Assembly (NCBI GenBank): GCA_964057225.1
Contig: CAXKVF010000068.1
Coordinates: 1 to 30,432, forward strand
Source: Auanema rhodensis
Lineage: Eukaryota; Animalia; Nematoda
Length of the DNA stretch: 30,432 nucleotides
Direction of reading: 5' to 3'
The translations under genes and the position numbers were made by a program. Numbering within the stretch: position 1 is the first letter of the stretch; every line of letters starts with the position of its first letter. The notes beneath the pieces are model-generated. The model had not been told where the DNA came from. It saw only the letters and a list, made by a program, of their open reading frames with translations, and searched no databases. Shown here piece after piece: positions 1 through 12,259 of this stretch.

Positions 1-420
1 TTATATTGAGGCTTAGACTTGAGTATTTTGGGGATTAGGCTCAACTATATCTCACTAAGGCTTAGGTATATCGGGCTCAGGCTTAACTATGTTTCACTCA
101 GGCTTAAGTATATCAGGCTTAGGCTTAACTATATCTCCCTCAGGCTTGAGTTTATCGGGCTCAGGCTTAACTATATCTTACTCAGACTAAAGTATATTGG
201 GCTTAGGCTTTCAGGCTTAGGTATATGGGGCTTAGGCCTAACTATATCTTACTCAGGCTTGAGTATATTGGGCTTAGGCTTAACTATATCTTACTCAGGC
301 TTAAGTATATCGAGCTTAGGCTTGACTATCATACTCAGGCTTAGGTATATCGATCTTAGGCTTTCAGGCTTAGGTATATGGGGCTTAGGCTTTCAGGCTT
401 AAGTATATGGGCTATATGGG
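1..420 (+). repeat. Degenerate telomere-like (TTAGGC-derived) minisatellite, ~21/42-bp units
   Basis: Repeated ggcttaggctt / ctcaggcttaagtatat / ggcttaactatatct units, G-rich on the + strand. TTAGGC is the canonical nematode telomere repeat. Confidence 0.85.
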
Positions 421-538
421 GCATCCTTACTTTGTTACTACTACTTTCTACTTGTACTCTGATATCAACTCTGTACAACTTTTACTCTATTCATACAACA
501 AATCTGTACATTGAACTCTGTAGATTGTACTTTCTACT

Positions 539-553
539 ATCATATCGTATAAT

Positions 554-618
<65 letters not shown>

Positions 619-636
619 AAGATTATACGATATGAT
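539..636. repeat. Palindrome centred on a (TA)n microsatellite, with imperfect outer arms to ~445 and ~860
   Basis: atcatatcgtataatcttta (539-558) and its reverse complement taaagattatacgatatgat (617-636) flank (TA)n. The 445-538 segment is an inverted copy of the minisatellite units found from ~690. Confidence 0.9.
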
Positions 637-689
637 ATATTTATATATATATTACTTACTATATATATATATATATAAGGTCTAGTCAT

Positions 690-2600
690 GATATGATAGT
701 AGAAAATATAATGTACAGAGTTCAATGTACAGGGTTGATGTATGAATAGAGTAAGAGTTGTACAAAGTTCAATGTACATAGTTGTGTGTGAATAAAGTAA
801 GAGTTGTACAAAGTTCAATATACAGAGTTCAATGTACAGAGTTGATATCAGAGTACAAGTAGAGAGTTAAGAAATAATGAAAATATTGATTATATTTTGA
901 TAATTAAAATAATAATAGTAATAATTAACATAATAATTATATATAAAATAATAATAATAAAGATAAAGTGAGTAATATATATAACAACTATATGATATGA
1001 TAGTAGAAAATATAATGTACAGAGTTCAATGTACAGAGTTCAATGTACAGGGTTGATGTATGAATAGAGTAAGAGTTGTACAAAGTTCAATGTACAGAGT
1101 TGATGTGTGAATAGAGTAAGAGTTGTACAAAGTTCAATGTACAGAGTACAATGTACAGAGTTGATGTGTGAATAGAGTAAGAGTTGTACAAAGTTCAATG
1201 TACAGAGTCAATGTACAGAGTTGATGTGTGAATAGAGTAAGAGTTGTACAGAGTTCAATGTACAGAGTTCAATGTACAGATTTGATGTGTGAATAGAGTA
1301 AGAGTTGTACAAAGTTCAATGTACAGAGTTCAATGTACAGAGTTGATATCAGAGTACAAGTAGAAAGTTAAGAAATAATGAAAATTCTGATTACATTTTG
1401 ATAATTATAATAATAATAGTGATAATTAACATAATAATTGTATATAAAATAATAATAATAAAGATAAAGTATTATTATTATTATTATATTTATTATTGAT
1501 GTATGAATAGAGTAAGAGTTGTACAAAGTTCAATGTACAGAGTTGATGTGTGAATAGAGTAAGAGTTGCACAAAGTTCAATGTACAGAGTTCAATGTACA
1601 GAGTTGATGTGTGAATAGAGTAAGAGTTGTACAGAGTTCAATGTACAGAGTTCAATGTACAGAGTTGATATCAGAGTACAAGTAGAGAGTTAAGAAATAA
1701 TGAAAATTCTTTTTACATTTTGATAATTATAATAATAATAGTAATAATTAACATAATGAATATATATAAAATAATAATAATAAAGATAAAGTGAGTAATG
1801 TATATAACAACTATATGATATGATAGTAGAAAATATAATGTACAGAGTTCAATGTACAGAGTTCAATGTTCAGGGTTGATGTATGAATAGAGTAAGAGTT
1901 GTACAAAGTTCAATGTACAGAGTTGATGTGTGAATAGAGTAAGAGTTGTACAAAGTTCAATGTACAGAGTTCAATGTACAGAGTTGATGTATGAATAGAG
2001 TAAGAGTTGTACAAAGTTCAATGTACAGGGTTGATGTATGAATAGAGTAAGATTTGTACAAAGTTCAATGTACAGAGTTGATGTGTGAATAGAGTAAGAG
2101 TTGTACAAAGTTCAATGTACAGAGTCAATGTACAGAGTTGATGTGTGAATGGAGTAAGAGTTGTACAGAGTTCAATGTACAGAGTTCAATGTACAGGGTT
2201 GATGTATGAATAGAGTAAGAGTTGTACAAAGTTCAATGTACAGAGTTCAATGTACAGAGTTGATATCAGAGTACAAGTAGAGAGTTAAGAAATAATGAAA
2301 AGTCTGATTACATTTTGATAATTATAATAATAATAGTGATAATTAACATAATAATTGTATATAAAATAATAATAATAAAGATAAAGTGAGTTATATATAT
2401 AACAATTATATGATATGATAGAAGAAACTACACTGTATAGAGTTTAATGTACAGAGTTCAATGTACACAGTTCAATGTACATAGTTAATTTATGAACAGA
2501 GTAAGGAATGTACAGAGTTCAACGTACAAAGTTGATGGAAGAATAGAATGAGGAATATACAGAGTTCAATGTACAGAGTTGATATTAAAGTAGAACTTTG
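690..2600 (+). repeat. Complex minisatellite (14-bp gagttcaatgtaca and ~41-bp units) with recurring AT-rich spacer blocks
   Basis: Tens of copies of agagttcaatgtac and gttgatgtgtgaatagagtaagagttgtacaa. The block gatatcagagtacaagtagagagttaagaaataatg...aaagataaagt recurs at ~845, ~1345, ~1667 and ~2262. Confidence 0.9.
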
Positions 2601-2676
2601 TACTTTTATGCGATATTGGTGTATCAACTCTCTATATTCAATTCTTCATTTTTGACTCTGTACATTGATATTTGAA

Positions 2677-3000
2677 CATGCGGAGAGATGAAATCAAATA
2701 GATTGTACTCATCACTATTCAATTATTTGTCCTTATATGAATCATATTTTTCATCATGTTTATCATCGTCATCAGCATTAGTTTCATAAACATCAATATT
2801 TTTTTTTTAATTATTGCCATTGTTTTTATCGTTTTCAATTTCAATGTTATTACTACTATTACTGTTTTCATTATTGCTATAAGTTTTTTTGTTTCGATTA
2901 TTATTATATTTATTATTGAAATTGATTGAAATTTTTTTTATAACTTTTAAAATTTATATCATTTTGACTATCAGGATCTCATAAATCTACAAAAGGTTTA
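2677..3000. repeat. Segmental duplicate of 3497-3810 (3' end and downstream tail of Rep paralogue 1)
   Basis: catgcggagagatgaaatcaaatagattgta...ctcataaatctacaaaaggtttat is present near-identically at both positions. Confidence 0.9.
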
Positions 3001-3071
3001 TACGTACGAATGGTTTATACGCACGATTTTATCTCTTTTATCTATCTATCACATTGCATAAATTTTTTGTC

Positions 3072-3495
3072 TCTCTATTCTTTCCAAATTTTTGCATGTT
3101 CCAGTGTTCTATTCTAACAAAGTTCTTTTTATTTAAGTTTGATAAATACTTATTCTCAGAAATATTTTTTGATCATACAGAGTCGAGAAAATTACTCTTC
3201 AACGAAGATGAAAGAGTTTTTCCAGATTAGGAGTAGGGGAAACACCCCTAAGATTAAAATAGATATGTACTTTTTTTTGAGATGTAAAACATGAAGAAGA
3301 ATTATTAGATCAGGAGTAGGGGAAACACCCCTAAGATTATTCATCTCTTTCCTCTTTCCAAATTTTTTCATGTTCCAGTGTTCTAATCTAACAAAGTTTT
3401 TTTTTTATGTTTGATAAATACTTATTCTCAGAAATATTTTTTGATCATACAGAGTCGAGAACATTACTCTTCAACGAAGATGAAAGAGTTTTTCC
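3072..3495 (+). repeat. ~280-bp repeat unit (about 1.5 copies) containing two TAGGGGAAACACCCCTA palindromes; direct-repeat copy at 14759-15076
   Basis: aaattactcttcaacgaagatgaaagagtttttcc...gataaatacttattctcagaaat...cagagtcgaga is duplicated locally and again at 14.76-15.08 kb. Confidence 0.85.
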
Positions 3496-3787
3496 CATGC
3501 GGAGAGATGAAATCAAATAGATTGTATTCATCACTATTCAATTATTTGTCCTTATATGAATCATATTTTTCATCATGTTTATCATCGTCATCAGCATTAG
3601 TTTCATAAACATCAATATTTTTGTTTTAATTATTGCCATTGTTTTTATCGTTTTCAATTTCAATGTTATTACTACTATTACTGTTTTCATTATTGCTATA
3701 AGTTTTTTCGTTTCGATTATTATTATATTTATTATTGAAATTTTTTTTATAACTTTTAAAATTTATATCATTTTGACTATCAGGATC

Positions 3788-5213
3788 TCATAAATCTACA
3801 AAAGGTTTATCTTCTTCGTAATCACTTTGAAATGTCCGAATTGTTTTGAACCCATGCCCTTCTTTCCATATTGGTTGTTGTTGCAACGCTGTACTTTTTC
3901 CAATCCAATGAATACGTCCCATGAATGCCTTGAGCTGAAAAATATAAAGTTAGTTAAAATTATAGAAGTCTATAATTTCGACACTAGAAAATAAATGTAA
4001 TGCTGAAATAATAAAAATTATTCACCGTTTCTGGATCTCCCGGAAACCATTCTCTTGGATGAAAATTCGAAAGTAAAAAAATTTTAGTTGCATATATGGT
4101 GCAACTGGAAAACTTCACATTTAAGCTGAAAAAATCAATTGGAGTGAGCATTACACATAACACCTACCGACAAACTCCATCATTGCAAAGAAGTAAAAGT
4201 TGTCGTGATGACATATAACCACGTTGTCCAAAATGAACTACTTCTTCTAGTATAATAGAATCTTCATCATTATATTCTGAAACAACGATTATAAACTTAT
4301 TACTTTCAGAACATACAAAAAAACTCACTCTCAAAATATGCAGAATTATCCGCGGCAACTGTATAACAATCATCTCCTAAAAATCAAATCAAATAATAAA
4401 TGTTATTGATCAAAAACTGTCTATACCTAAGAATGAATTGGCAAAATATGATTTTCCTGTACGAGTATCACCGTATAAAACGTAAACACGCACATTTTTG
4501 CGTCTGGCTTTTTTTGGAATCACCCGTTGAAAAGCACTCCTCAGTTCAGCTATATGACGCAAAGCAACATCATATTTGATTAGATCCTGACAGTCTTCGA
4601 CTGTCCAACCATTGTTCTGTATGTTGAAAAGCATTGCATTGACATAACAACGGCTCAAATCTGCAACATGTCTGCCTAAAAGTAAACAAATACGTGAAAT
4701 AAAAAAAAAATCATTAACCTATTATAAGATGTGATTTTTTATCTAGTTTTGAACGTAGTTTATGCAATTCCACGTTAGTGGTTATGCGGTTTAATACGCA
4801 ACTATATGCACCACAATTGCTTCTTGTTTCCAAAACTTCGTAAAAGAAGTCAAAAACATCTTTTTCAATCACAATATTATTGAAAAAAAGAATGAGCTGA
4901 ACAAATAAGGGAAAAAAATATTAAAAAAGAGGTAAGAAGTGCAAACCAGTATTGTTTCGCTCGAACCATCTTCATTGCAGTACTCAATGCATCGTAACTT
5001 TGTTGACAAATTGAATTCGGCTTCTTTACAGAAATTTACGAATTTACTAATCAAATAGGCCGGACCAATTGATAATTGAACCGAACAACACACGAAATTA
5101 GGTTCTACATGTCTTACTTTTTTAATCTGAAAAATTGAACAATGTTATGTTTATTCAAATTTGAAAACCTTGTTCATTTGTTCTGCAAGAGTTTGTCTGT
5201 TTTCGTAGTTCAT
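3788..5213 (-). CDS. Rep-like SF3 helicase paralogue 1 (CRESS-DNA virus Rep type), 8 exons, ~351 aa
   Basis: Exons 5213-5169, 5126-4947, 4896-4719, 4675-4427, 4376-4329, 4276-4168, 4125-4026, 3934-3788, all GT-AG and phase-consistent. Spliced protein shows Walker A VYVLYGDTRTGKS, YFEKY (at the position of WWDGY), Walker B IILEE, B' LLLLCNDGVCRLNVKFSS, motif C IFLLSNFHPREWF and Arg finger KAFMGRI. No recognisable HUH or YxxK motif in the N-terminus. Start codon less certain. Confidence 0.85.
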
Positions 5214-5467
5214 ATTCTCCTCATCTTCATTGATGAGCTGTTGTGTTATCTCATTTTGAAAAAACACATTGAAAAGATAGGGGAAACACCCCTACTGTTT
5301 GTTAGGGGATATACCCCTATAAAGCAATAGTTAGCTGTCCCTACGCAAAATTGGGGAATTGCCGCTATTGAAAAAACAATAGAAGCCCCCAAAGAAAACA
5401 AAACATAATAACAATGAAACTACAAATTATGAAAATTTTTAGAATTATTAGTATAAAAAAAATCTTA

Positions 5468-6162
5468 TTATCTTACCCATGTTATCGCTAGAAGTTTTCT
5501 TTTCCTATTCGAATTTATTGAATCAGAGAACTCACTTGAGTTCTAAAAAAAATTGTTTTTTTTCTTCAAAGTTTAAAACAAACCTCGTCATTTGTTTCGT
5601 GAATTTGTGAACTGGCTAAATAATTGGATGAAACTGAAATACGTCCACGCTCCATAAACGGAAACAGAACCAAACTTTTCTGTGAACATTCAAACAATAC
5701 TGAGATACAAATCAATAGAAAACGTACTTCTAGTTCTAAATTTTCCATATTGATGGGTTGTGTTGTATTGATTTCTTGCGCATCCTCTTCTCTTATTTCC
5801 AAACTAGCCGAAGATTTCTGAGATCCCGTTTCAAAATCAGTATCCGTGAATGGAAACGAGATCAAACAATTCTGAAAACATGCATATCCACAAAATAATA
5901 ATGTGGAACCAACCTCTTCTTCTTCTTCATCGTTATTGTTTCTGATACTTTGAGTAGACAGTGGTTGTGAATCTATTTCTTCAATCTAAATTGATTTAGT
6001 ACATTAACATTAATCCAGCAAGCACTAAAAATAAATCATTGAACTAACTGTTTGATCATTGATGAAATTCAATGAGAAATTATCAGCGTGTTCAATAAAA
6101 CCATGTTCGATTCCTTGTGGAACTCCATTAATTTTCCTGCCATTGTATTCAGATATTTTCAT
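5468..6162 (-). CDS. Hypothetical acidic, low-complexity spliced protein (about 5 exons) with C-terminal RKRK NLS-like motif
   Basis: MKISEYNGRKINGVPQGIEHGF...NDQT / IEEIDSQP...DEEEEE / NCLISFPFTDTDF...LELE / KSLVLFPFMERG...NDE / NSSEF...NRKRKLL, joined by phase-0 GT-AG introns. The 3' end is uncertain (possible extra donor gtaag at ~5476). Confidence 0.55.
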
Positions 6163-6716
6163 GTTTTACAAACGATGAATTGATTTGAAACTGAAAAAAT
6201 GCCATGAATGCTAGAAGAATAGAGGAAACAACTATGAAAGTTTCAAAAACGGAACAAACAAAGTTTTGAATCACGACACAGAACAATGAATCGATTTAAT
6301 TTTTTTAAACAATAGAAGAATCACCATATGACCCGAAGAAACAATGAATAATCTAAGTGTTCACATATTCATGCAAAATAAAAAAACGGCAATCTTGGAA
6401 GGCACATCAAAAAAAAACTTTAATTTATGAGGTAGTCATATTTCATGTCTGTCATATAAACATATATGAACATATATGAACATGTATATGTATTTAAAAA
6501 GGGGCGGCAGTGTTTTTCGGCATGTTGAAAGTAGCCTCAAATTTACGAGGTACTAGTTGTTACATATTATGTATATTACATTATAGCCATTTCATGAACA
6601 TGTGTAACAAGAATCATTATAACATGTTTCAATTTTGAGAAAAAAAAACCAAAATATCTCATTAGTTATATTAGTTGTTCTATTTATTTGTTTTTATCTT
6701 TGAAAAATTTACAGAA

Positions 6717-7953
6717 ATGACTCGAGTTATACGTCAAGATTGTTTTCTCAATTCATGCACAACATCATCTTCCATTGCTGCAAAAGAACTGTTTAATGTT
6801 ATAAGTCATAATGATCTTTTGCACACATACATCGATGTAAGACCATACGTTATCATAATATTACATTTTCTTTCACTTCAGATTTTTATGATGAAAAATG
6901 TTGCTGGTTTTGCCAAAAATAAACATGTGAGCGAGATGCAACTACACTTTTTCAAATATTTTTTACAATCACACAATCCAACCGTGTCGCTTGCTGCAAT
7001 CAAAATTGTGGTATTATTTTGTTTATAATTTGAACCTAAATAGAAAAATAACATTTTATAATAACTTTTTTTTAAGATCATCAATGTCATTATACGTGAC
7101 TCAAAATTCAGCATTATGATAGAGAAAGATGTTCGAAAAGAACCATTTTTTGTCCAGTTTCTTTATCTCGCTCAATCATCATTTATGGAAATGAGATTAA
7201 ACAAGACATCGGTTTAGTTTTCATTATATTTAATAACATTGTGAAAAACAAAATACACTAAATTCATGAATAATTTCAAAAAAAAGCATTACAAACTTTT
7301 AGAATAAATTTTTAACGGCTCTTCATCGATATGTGATGAAATGGAAGAATAAATCTATTGCTGAAGTGGAAAATAAAGTCAGTATTTTTCATTGAAAAAA
7401 TGAACTTTAGAAACTTTTAGGACGACACATTTAGAACAAACGTTGAAACACCAATTTATTACGATAATAGAACTCAGGTTTTTTGAGATACTTCTTCTTA
7501 TCGAATTGTTAAATTTCAGAACATCAACAGAGAAGAAAATACATGTTGTGCTTGCAATGGCACACTTCCTGATTTACTTGCTGAAACAATCATATCAATG
7601 CGCATGGACTTATGTGAGAATAACGAGAAAGACTACGAATGGAAAATACTGAACAAGGAGCAATGTTCCAAACAAATTCTCACGTAAGTTTATGAATTAT
7701 CTTTAATTTACATAAACAACTTATATTTCTTTTCAGTGAAGGCATACAAATGATAGCCTTTATTGCTACACGGCGTAAACCACCCACATGGATTCGTATA
7801 AAATTTATCAGATTTAATCGTCTTGGTAACTTAGAATTTTTCATCCGTCGAAAAAACTCATATTCACCAACTAAAAATTTATCTGTTCTAAAACATTGTA
7901 AAAGTTGTTTTCACAAAATATGTCTTGTTTTACAAAAAAAAAAATATAAATAG
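6717..7953 (+). CDS. Hypothetical 7-exon protein, ~298 aa; N-terminal CID/VHS-like helical domain and C-terminal Cys-rich region
   Basis: Exons 6717-6836, 6882-7010, 7077-7211, 7303-7377, 7421-7477, 7520-7683, 7737-7953 are phase-consistent. LQSHNPTVSLAAIKIVIINVIIRDSK...LHRYVMKWKNK resembles the CID/VHS pattern (by eye only). CCAC...CKSC follows. Confidence 0.7.
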
Positions 7954-8104
7954 AATAAATTATACCCATCCACACGTTGATTTGATAGGGGTTTTTCCCG
8001 GATTGTAGAATTGAAGAATAAACAACCGCTCACCATTAAAATTGATTGCGGATCTTAAATGTTATATCGAATAAAAATTTTTAAGGCTGAAATATGTTAA
8101 CGAA

Positions 8105-8440
8105 ATAGGGTTTTCTAATGTTTACTAGGGGTTTTCCCCGTACTCAGACAATGCTTGATCGAACTACGTGAAAAAATGCTTGCAATATAACATTTGAGCG
8201 CAATTGCAAAAGTGGACGGAGCCTGCGCCCTATTCCATGTAATGTTGCGAAAGTGGGCAGAGCCTGTGCTTCATTCCATATAGTGCTATAAAATTGGACA
8301 GAGCCCCCCGCACCTCTCTACCATAATACAAAATAGAAAATTCAAAAGAACACTAGTGAAAAATAGGGGTTGTACCCCTAGATAAAAAAAATAAGGGTTG
8401 TACCCCTAGGTAAAAAAATAGGGGTTGTACCCCTAGGTAA
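8105..8440 (+). repeat. Diverged copy of the shared intergenic module (end of the 150-bp unit plus GC-rich block), followed by three TAGGGGTTGTACCCCTAG-type units
   Basis: taatgtttactagggg...agacaatg...gagcgcaattgcaaaagtgg...gagcctgcgccctattccatgtaatgttgc...gcacctct matches 11540-11755. Three palindromic units at 8364, 8392 (one mismatch) and 8419. Confidence 0.85.
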
Positions 8441-9024
8441 AAAATCTGGTAATAATAAGAAGCTCAAAGTACAGAGTTGATTGCACAGTAGTACACAAAA
8501 AGTAGAGTGTTTTATTATGAAAAGTCAGAAATCTTTAAACAGCATTTTGTCAGAACATTTAAAAAAATCATTTTGCAAGTTGTAAAACGCAATAACTTCT
8601 TTGAAGTTTTATCCGATTTTGACACTTTATTCCCATCATAAAAGTTTCCAGAAGTTCTCCGACTCGTAAAACTTGTAAACTATTTTCATCAGTTTTTATA
8701 TTGTTTTGCTATTAGGACAAATCTCAAACGATTTCATTCAAACAACAAAAGGACTTGCCGTCAGCAAATTAATAATGAACTTTTACCGATTGGTTTAACC
8801 CATTGACAGGTTCAAAACTTTTTTGGTATTGACTTTTTATTCCCATAATAAACTTGCAGGGAAGACGTTTCACCTTATATGAAACTTTTGTTATTCATTT
8901 CTTTCAATTTGTTGTTTTGTTTACAGGTATTCACGATAATTAATGTTGTTTCATGTCTGACATTTCGATTATATTTTGGTTGTCTTCTTCATTTATTTTA
9001 TTGTTTTGTTTCCAGGTGTTCATA

Positions 9025-10216
9025 ATGATTAGTTCTAATATGATTCGTTCAAATGTAACTCCTAACAAAACAGGTACCACTATAGTTATTGTTCTTGTTT
9101 TCTGATGTTTTTAGTTTTAGAATTAGATTCTTTTGAAAATGAAATTGTCCCTACTCCAGTTGCTCCTAGTAAAGATATCTCTCTACCGATACAACATGTA
9201 GATGATGAAGGTTTTTATGGAATATAAACTTTATTTTGATGTTAATATGTAATTTCAGGTTCAGACTCTTTTGAGAAAGAGAACGTTGTTATCTCAGCTG
9301 AGCGTACAAGAAGTTTTCAGTCACCTGTCAATTTTGAAAACGAAGGTTTTTGCAGAAATATTAATTCAATGTTTATGTGACATTTAGAACTTGAAATTAT
9401 TCAAGAAATGGAATTCAATGGACAGCGATGCTCCACCCCTCTTCATGAAAAGTTGTTGCCAAGTATTCATCAAGCTATAGTAAAAGGTAAGAAACATTTT
9501 ATCATAAACATTTCTGTATTAATACATTCAGAAGAAACAAATAATGAGGATTTATTTACTGATTCACTGGAAGAAATTTCTCATTCCGAAGGTAACCTTG
9601 TTCTAAAAATGTTCATGAATATATATTTCCAGTTTTTTTCGAAATTGATGAACAAGAAAATCTATCGAATGATATTAATTTGACAAATATGAAAAAAAGA
9701 AGAAGAAGCTCAGGAGACGTTATTTGCGAATGTAGTTGTGAAATCAAACGCTTGACAAATAAAGCTATTCAAAAAATAGCTAGTAAGTTATAGTTGAAAA
9801 TTTGAAAATTCACATTTTTATATTTGATTAATTATAGGAAACTTACAACCTATTATTGATAGGCAATGCATACCAGAACTTTGCCTGATAGGAACCAAAA
9901 TCTTGGTTTATCACCGGAACACACGTTCCTGGCGTCTAGGAGTCATACAAGACATATCTGACATTTATAGCACAATAACATATTCTCTTATCACAGTAAA
10001 ATTATAAATTTTCTAATTTTTGATTTCATAATCATTCAAATTTAGACTAGTGATGTGGAAGATACGCTTTTAGCCAAAAAATACAAATTTTTATTAACCA
10101 AGAAGCGATTGGTGGGCAAACAGAAAGACTGGCCTAAACACACATACAGACTGATTTGTGATGATATTTCTAAACCTCATTTGTATTTAATTCAAACACT
10201 GTATGACTTAGATTAA
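9025..10216 (+). CDS. Hypothetical 8-exon protein, ~287 aa; acidic N-half, KKRRRS NLS, C-terminal Tudor/Agenet-like domain
   Basis: Exons 9025-9073, 9121-9210, 9259-9345, 9388-9486, 9532-9591, 9633-9782, 9838-9995, 10046-10216 are phase-consistent. LIGTKILVYHRNTRSWRLGVIQDISDIYSTITYSLITTSDVEDTLL fits the Tudor pattern iG.rv.vy......W..G.I........i.Y......E. Extra 5' exons in 8.5-9.0 kb are possible. Confidence 0.7.
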
Positions 10217-10545
10217 TTTTTCTTTCAATTTTTTGTTTATCCTTTTTGTATTAAGCTGTATCTTATACCACATCGGTTTTTTTCTCAATTTCTTGTTTTT
10301 TTTTCTTAATTTCTTGTTCATACTTTCACTATTAAACTGTATCATATAACTCAAAACTTATCTTCCAATTTCTTGTTCATACTTTTTTTAATAAACTATA
10401 TCACAAATTTCTCATAGGGGTTTCTCCCCTATTTACATTGTTGCTGAAAACTTTCAACGTGCATTGCACACCTTTTGTATAAAGTTAACGTTTTTTTATT
10501 TTTTTCGCTTATTTGATTTTAATATGATGACTCGAACTAACCTTA

Positions 10546-11238
10546 ACGGGGCTGGTTAATGACGACATTTTTCAAAACCAATCATTTCAATTTTGACACA
10601 TGGAATATTTTTTACTTTCCGATATTTGATTTATCTTTAATAGATTATGAGTTTTATGAACGGGGCTTGTTAATGACAATCTCTCATGAAGTGATATGCT
10701 TCACTGAAATTTACACTTTTTCCGCGTATGACATTTTTCAAAACCAATTATTTCAATTTTGACACATGGAATATTTTTTACTTTCCGATATTTGATTTAT
10801 CTTTAATAGATCATGAGTTTTATGAACGGGGCTTGTTAATGACAATCTCTCATGAAGTGATATGCTTCACTGAAATTTACACTTTTTCCGCGTGTGACAT
10901 TTTTCAAAACCAATTATTTCAATTTTGACACATGGAATATTTTTTACTTTCCGATATTTGATTTATCTTTAATAGATCATGAGTTTTCTGAACGGGGCTT
11001 GTTAATGACAATCTTTCATGAAGTGATATGCTTCACTGAAATTTACACTTTTTCCGCGTATGACATTTTTGAAAACCAATTATTTCAATTTTGACACATG
11101 GAATATTTTTTACTTTCCGATATTTGATTTATCTTTAATAGATCATGAGTTTTCTGAACGGGGCTTGTTAATGACAATCTTTCATGAAGTGATATGCTTC
11201 ACTGAAATTTACACTTTTTCCGCGTATGACATTTTTTT
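10546..11238 (+). repeat. 166-bp tandem repeat, about 4 copies
   Basis: tgacatttttcaaaaccaattatttcaattttgacacatgg...ggggcttgttaatgac recurs every 166 bp; the repeated ORFs start at 10728, 10894 and 11060. Confidence 0.95.
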
Positions 11239-11274
11239 TGAATCAGTTAGTTGTTAACTTGATTGGTTCTAGTA

Positions 11275-12165
11275 GGCAGAGCCCCCGCACCTCTATACCA
11301 TAAAACATTAAAATACATACTCAATAAAAAATACATATTATTCCTAAAAAAAAAATTTTTAATAATCAAAAATAATAACGAAAAAAACTTGTTAATGTTT
11401 ACTAGGGGTTTTTCTCCTAATTAGACAATGGTCGATCGAAATACTTGAAAAAATGCTTTCATTATAACATTTGAATAAAAAATACATATTATTCCTGAAA
11501 AAAGTTTTTTAATAATCAAAAATAATAATGAAAAAAATTTGTTAATGTTTACTAGGGGTTTTTCCCCTAATTAGGCAATGGTCGATCGTAATACTTGAAA
11601 AAATGCTTTCATTATAACATTTGGGCGCAATTGCAAAAGTGGGCGGAGCCTGCGCCATATTCCATGTAATGTTGCAAAAGTGGGCGGAGCCTGCGCTTTA
11701 TTTCATGTATTGCTATAAAATTGGGCAGAGCCCCCGCACCTCTATACCATAATACATTAAAATTTATTGCGGATCGTGCAAAATACATACTCAATAAAAA
11801 ATACATATTATTCCCAAAAAAAATTTTTTAATAATCAAAAATAATAATGAAAAAAATTTGTTAATGTTTACTAGGGTTTTTTCCCCTAATTAGACAATGG
11901 TCGATCGAAATACTTGAAAAAATGCTTTCATTATAACAGTTGAATAAAAAATACATATTATTCCTAAAAAAAATTTTTTAATAATCAAAAATGATAATGA
12001 AAAATATTTGTTAATGTTTACTAGGGGTTTTTCCCCTAATTAGACAATGGTCGATCGAAATACTTGAAAAAATGCTTTCATTATAACATTTGAGCGCAAT
12101 TGCAAAAGTGGGCGGAGCCTGCGCCCTATTCCATGTAATGTTGCAAAAGTGGGCGGAGCCTGCTC
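11275..12165 (+). repeat. Shared intergenic module: 150-bp tandem units plus GC-rich blocks with GGGCGG boxes
   Basis: Four 150-bp units (taaaaaatacatattattcc...taggggtttttccccta...ggtcgatcg...ataacatttg) and two blocks of gcgcaattgcaaaagtgggcggagcc. Confidence 0.9.
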
Positions 12166-12259
12166 GCTGTTCGCCATAATGATACCCAATTTTTCTCATT
12201 TTTATGAACCCAATTTTTCTCATTTTTATGAATCCAATTTTTTATTCAAGTGCTCTTCA

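Noticed and set aside
19-818. ORFs 19-402, 378-635 and 540-818
   Set aside because: Translations of telomere-like and (TA)n repeats (LRL, IYIY), mirrored across the palindrome.
3575-3793. Hydrophobic 72-aa + strand ORF suggesting a membrane protein
   Set aside because: Antisense shadow of the Asn/Asp-rich tail on the minus strand.
8517-9015. Possible additional exons upstream of the Tudor-like gene
   Set aside because: Splice-like signals are present, but I could not build a consistent open frame.
10559-11257. Four near-identical 65-67 aa ORFs
   Set aside because: By-product of the 166-bp tandem repeat.
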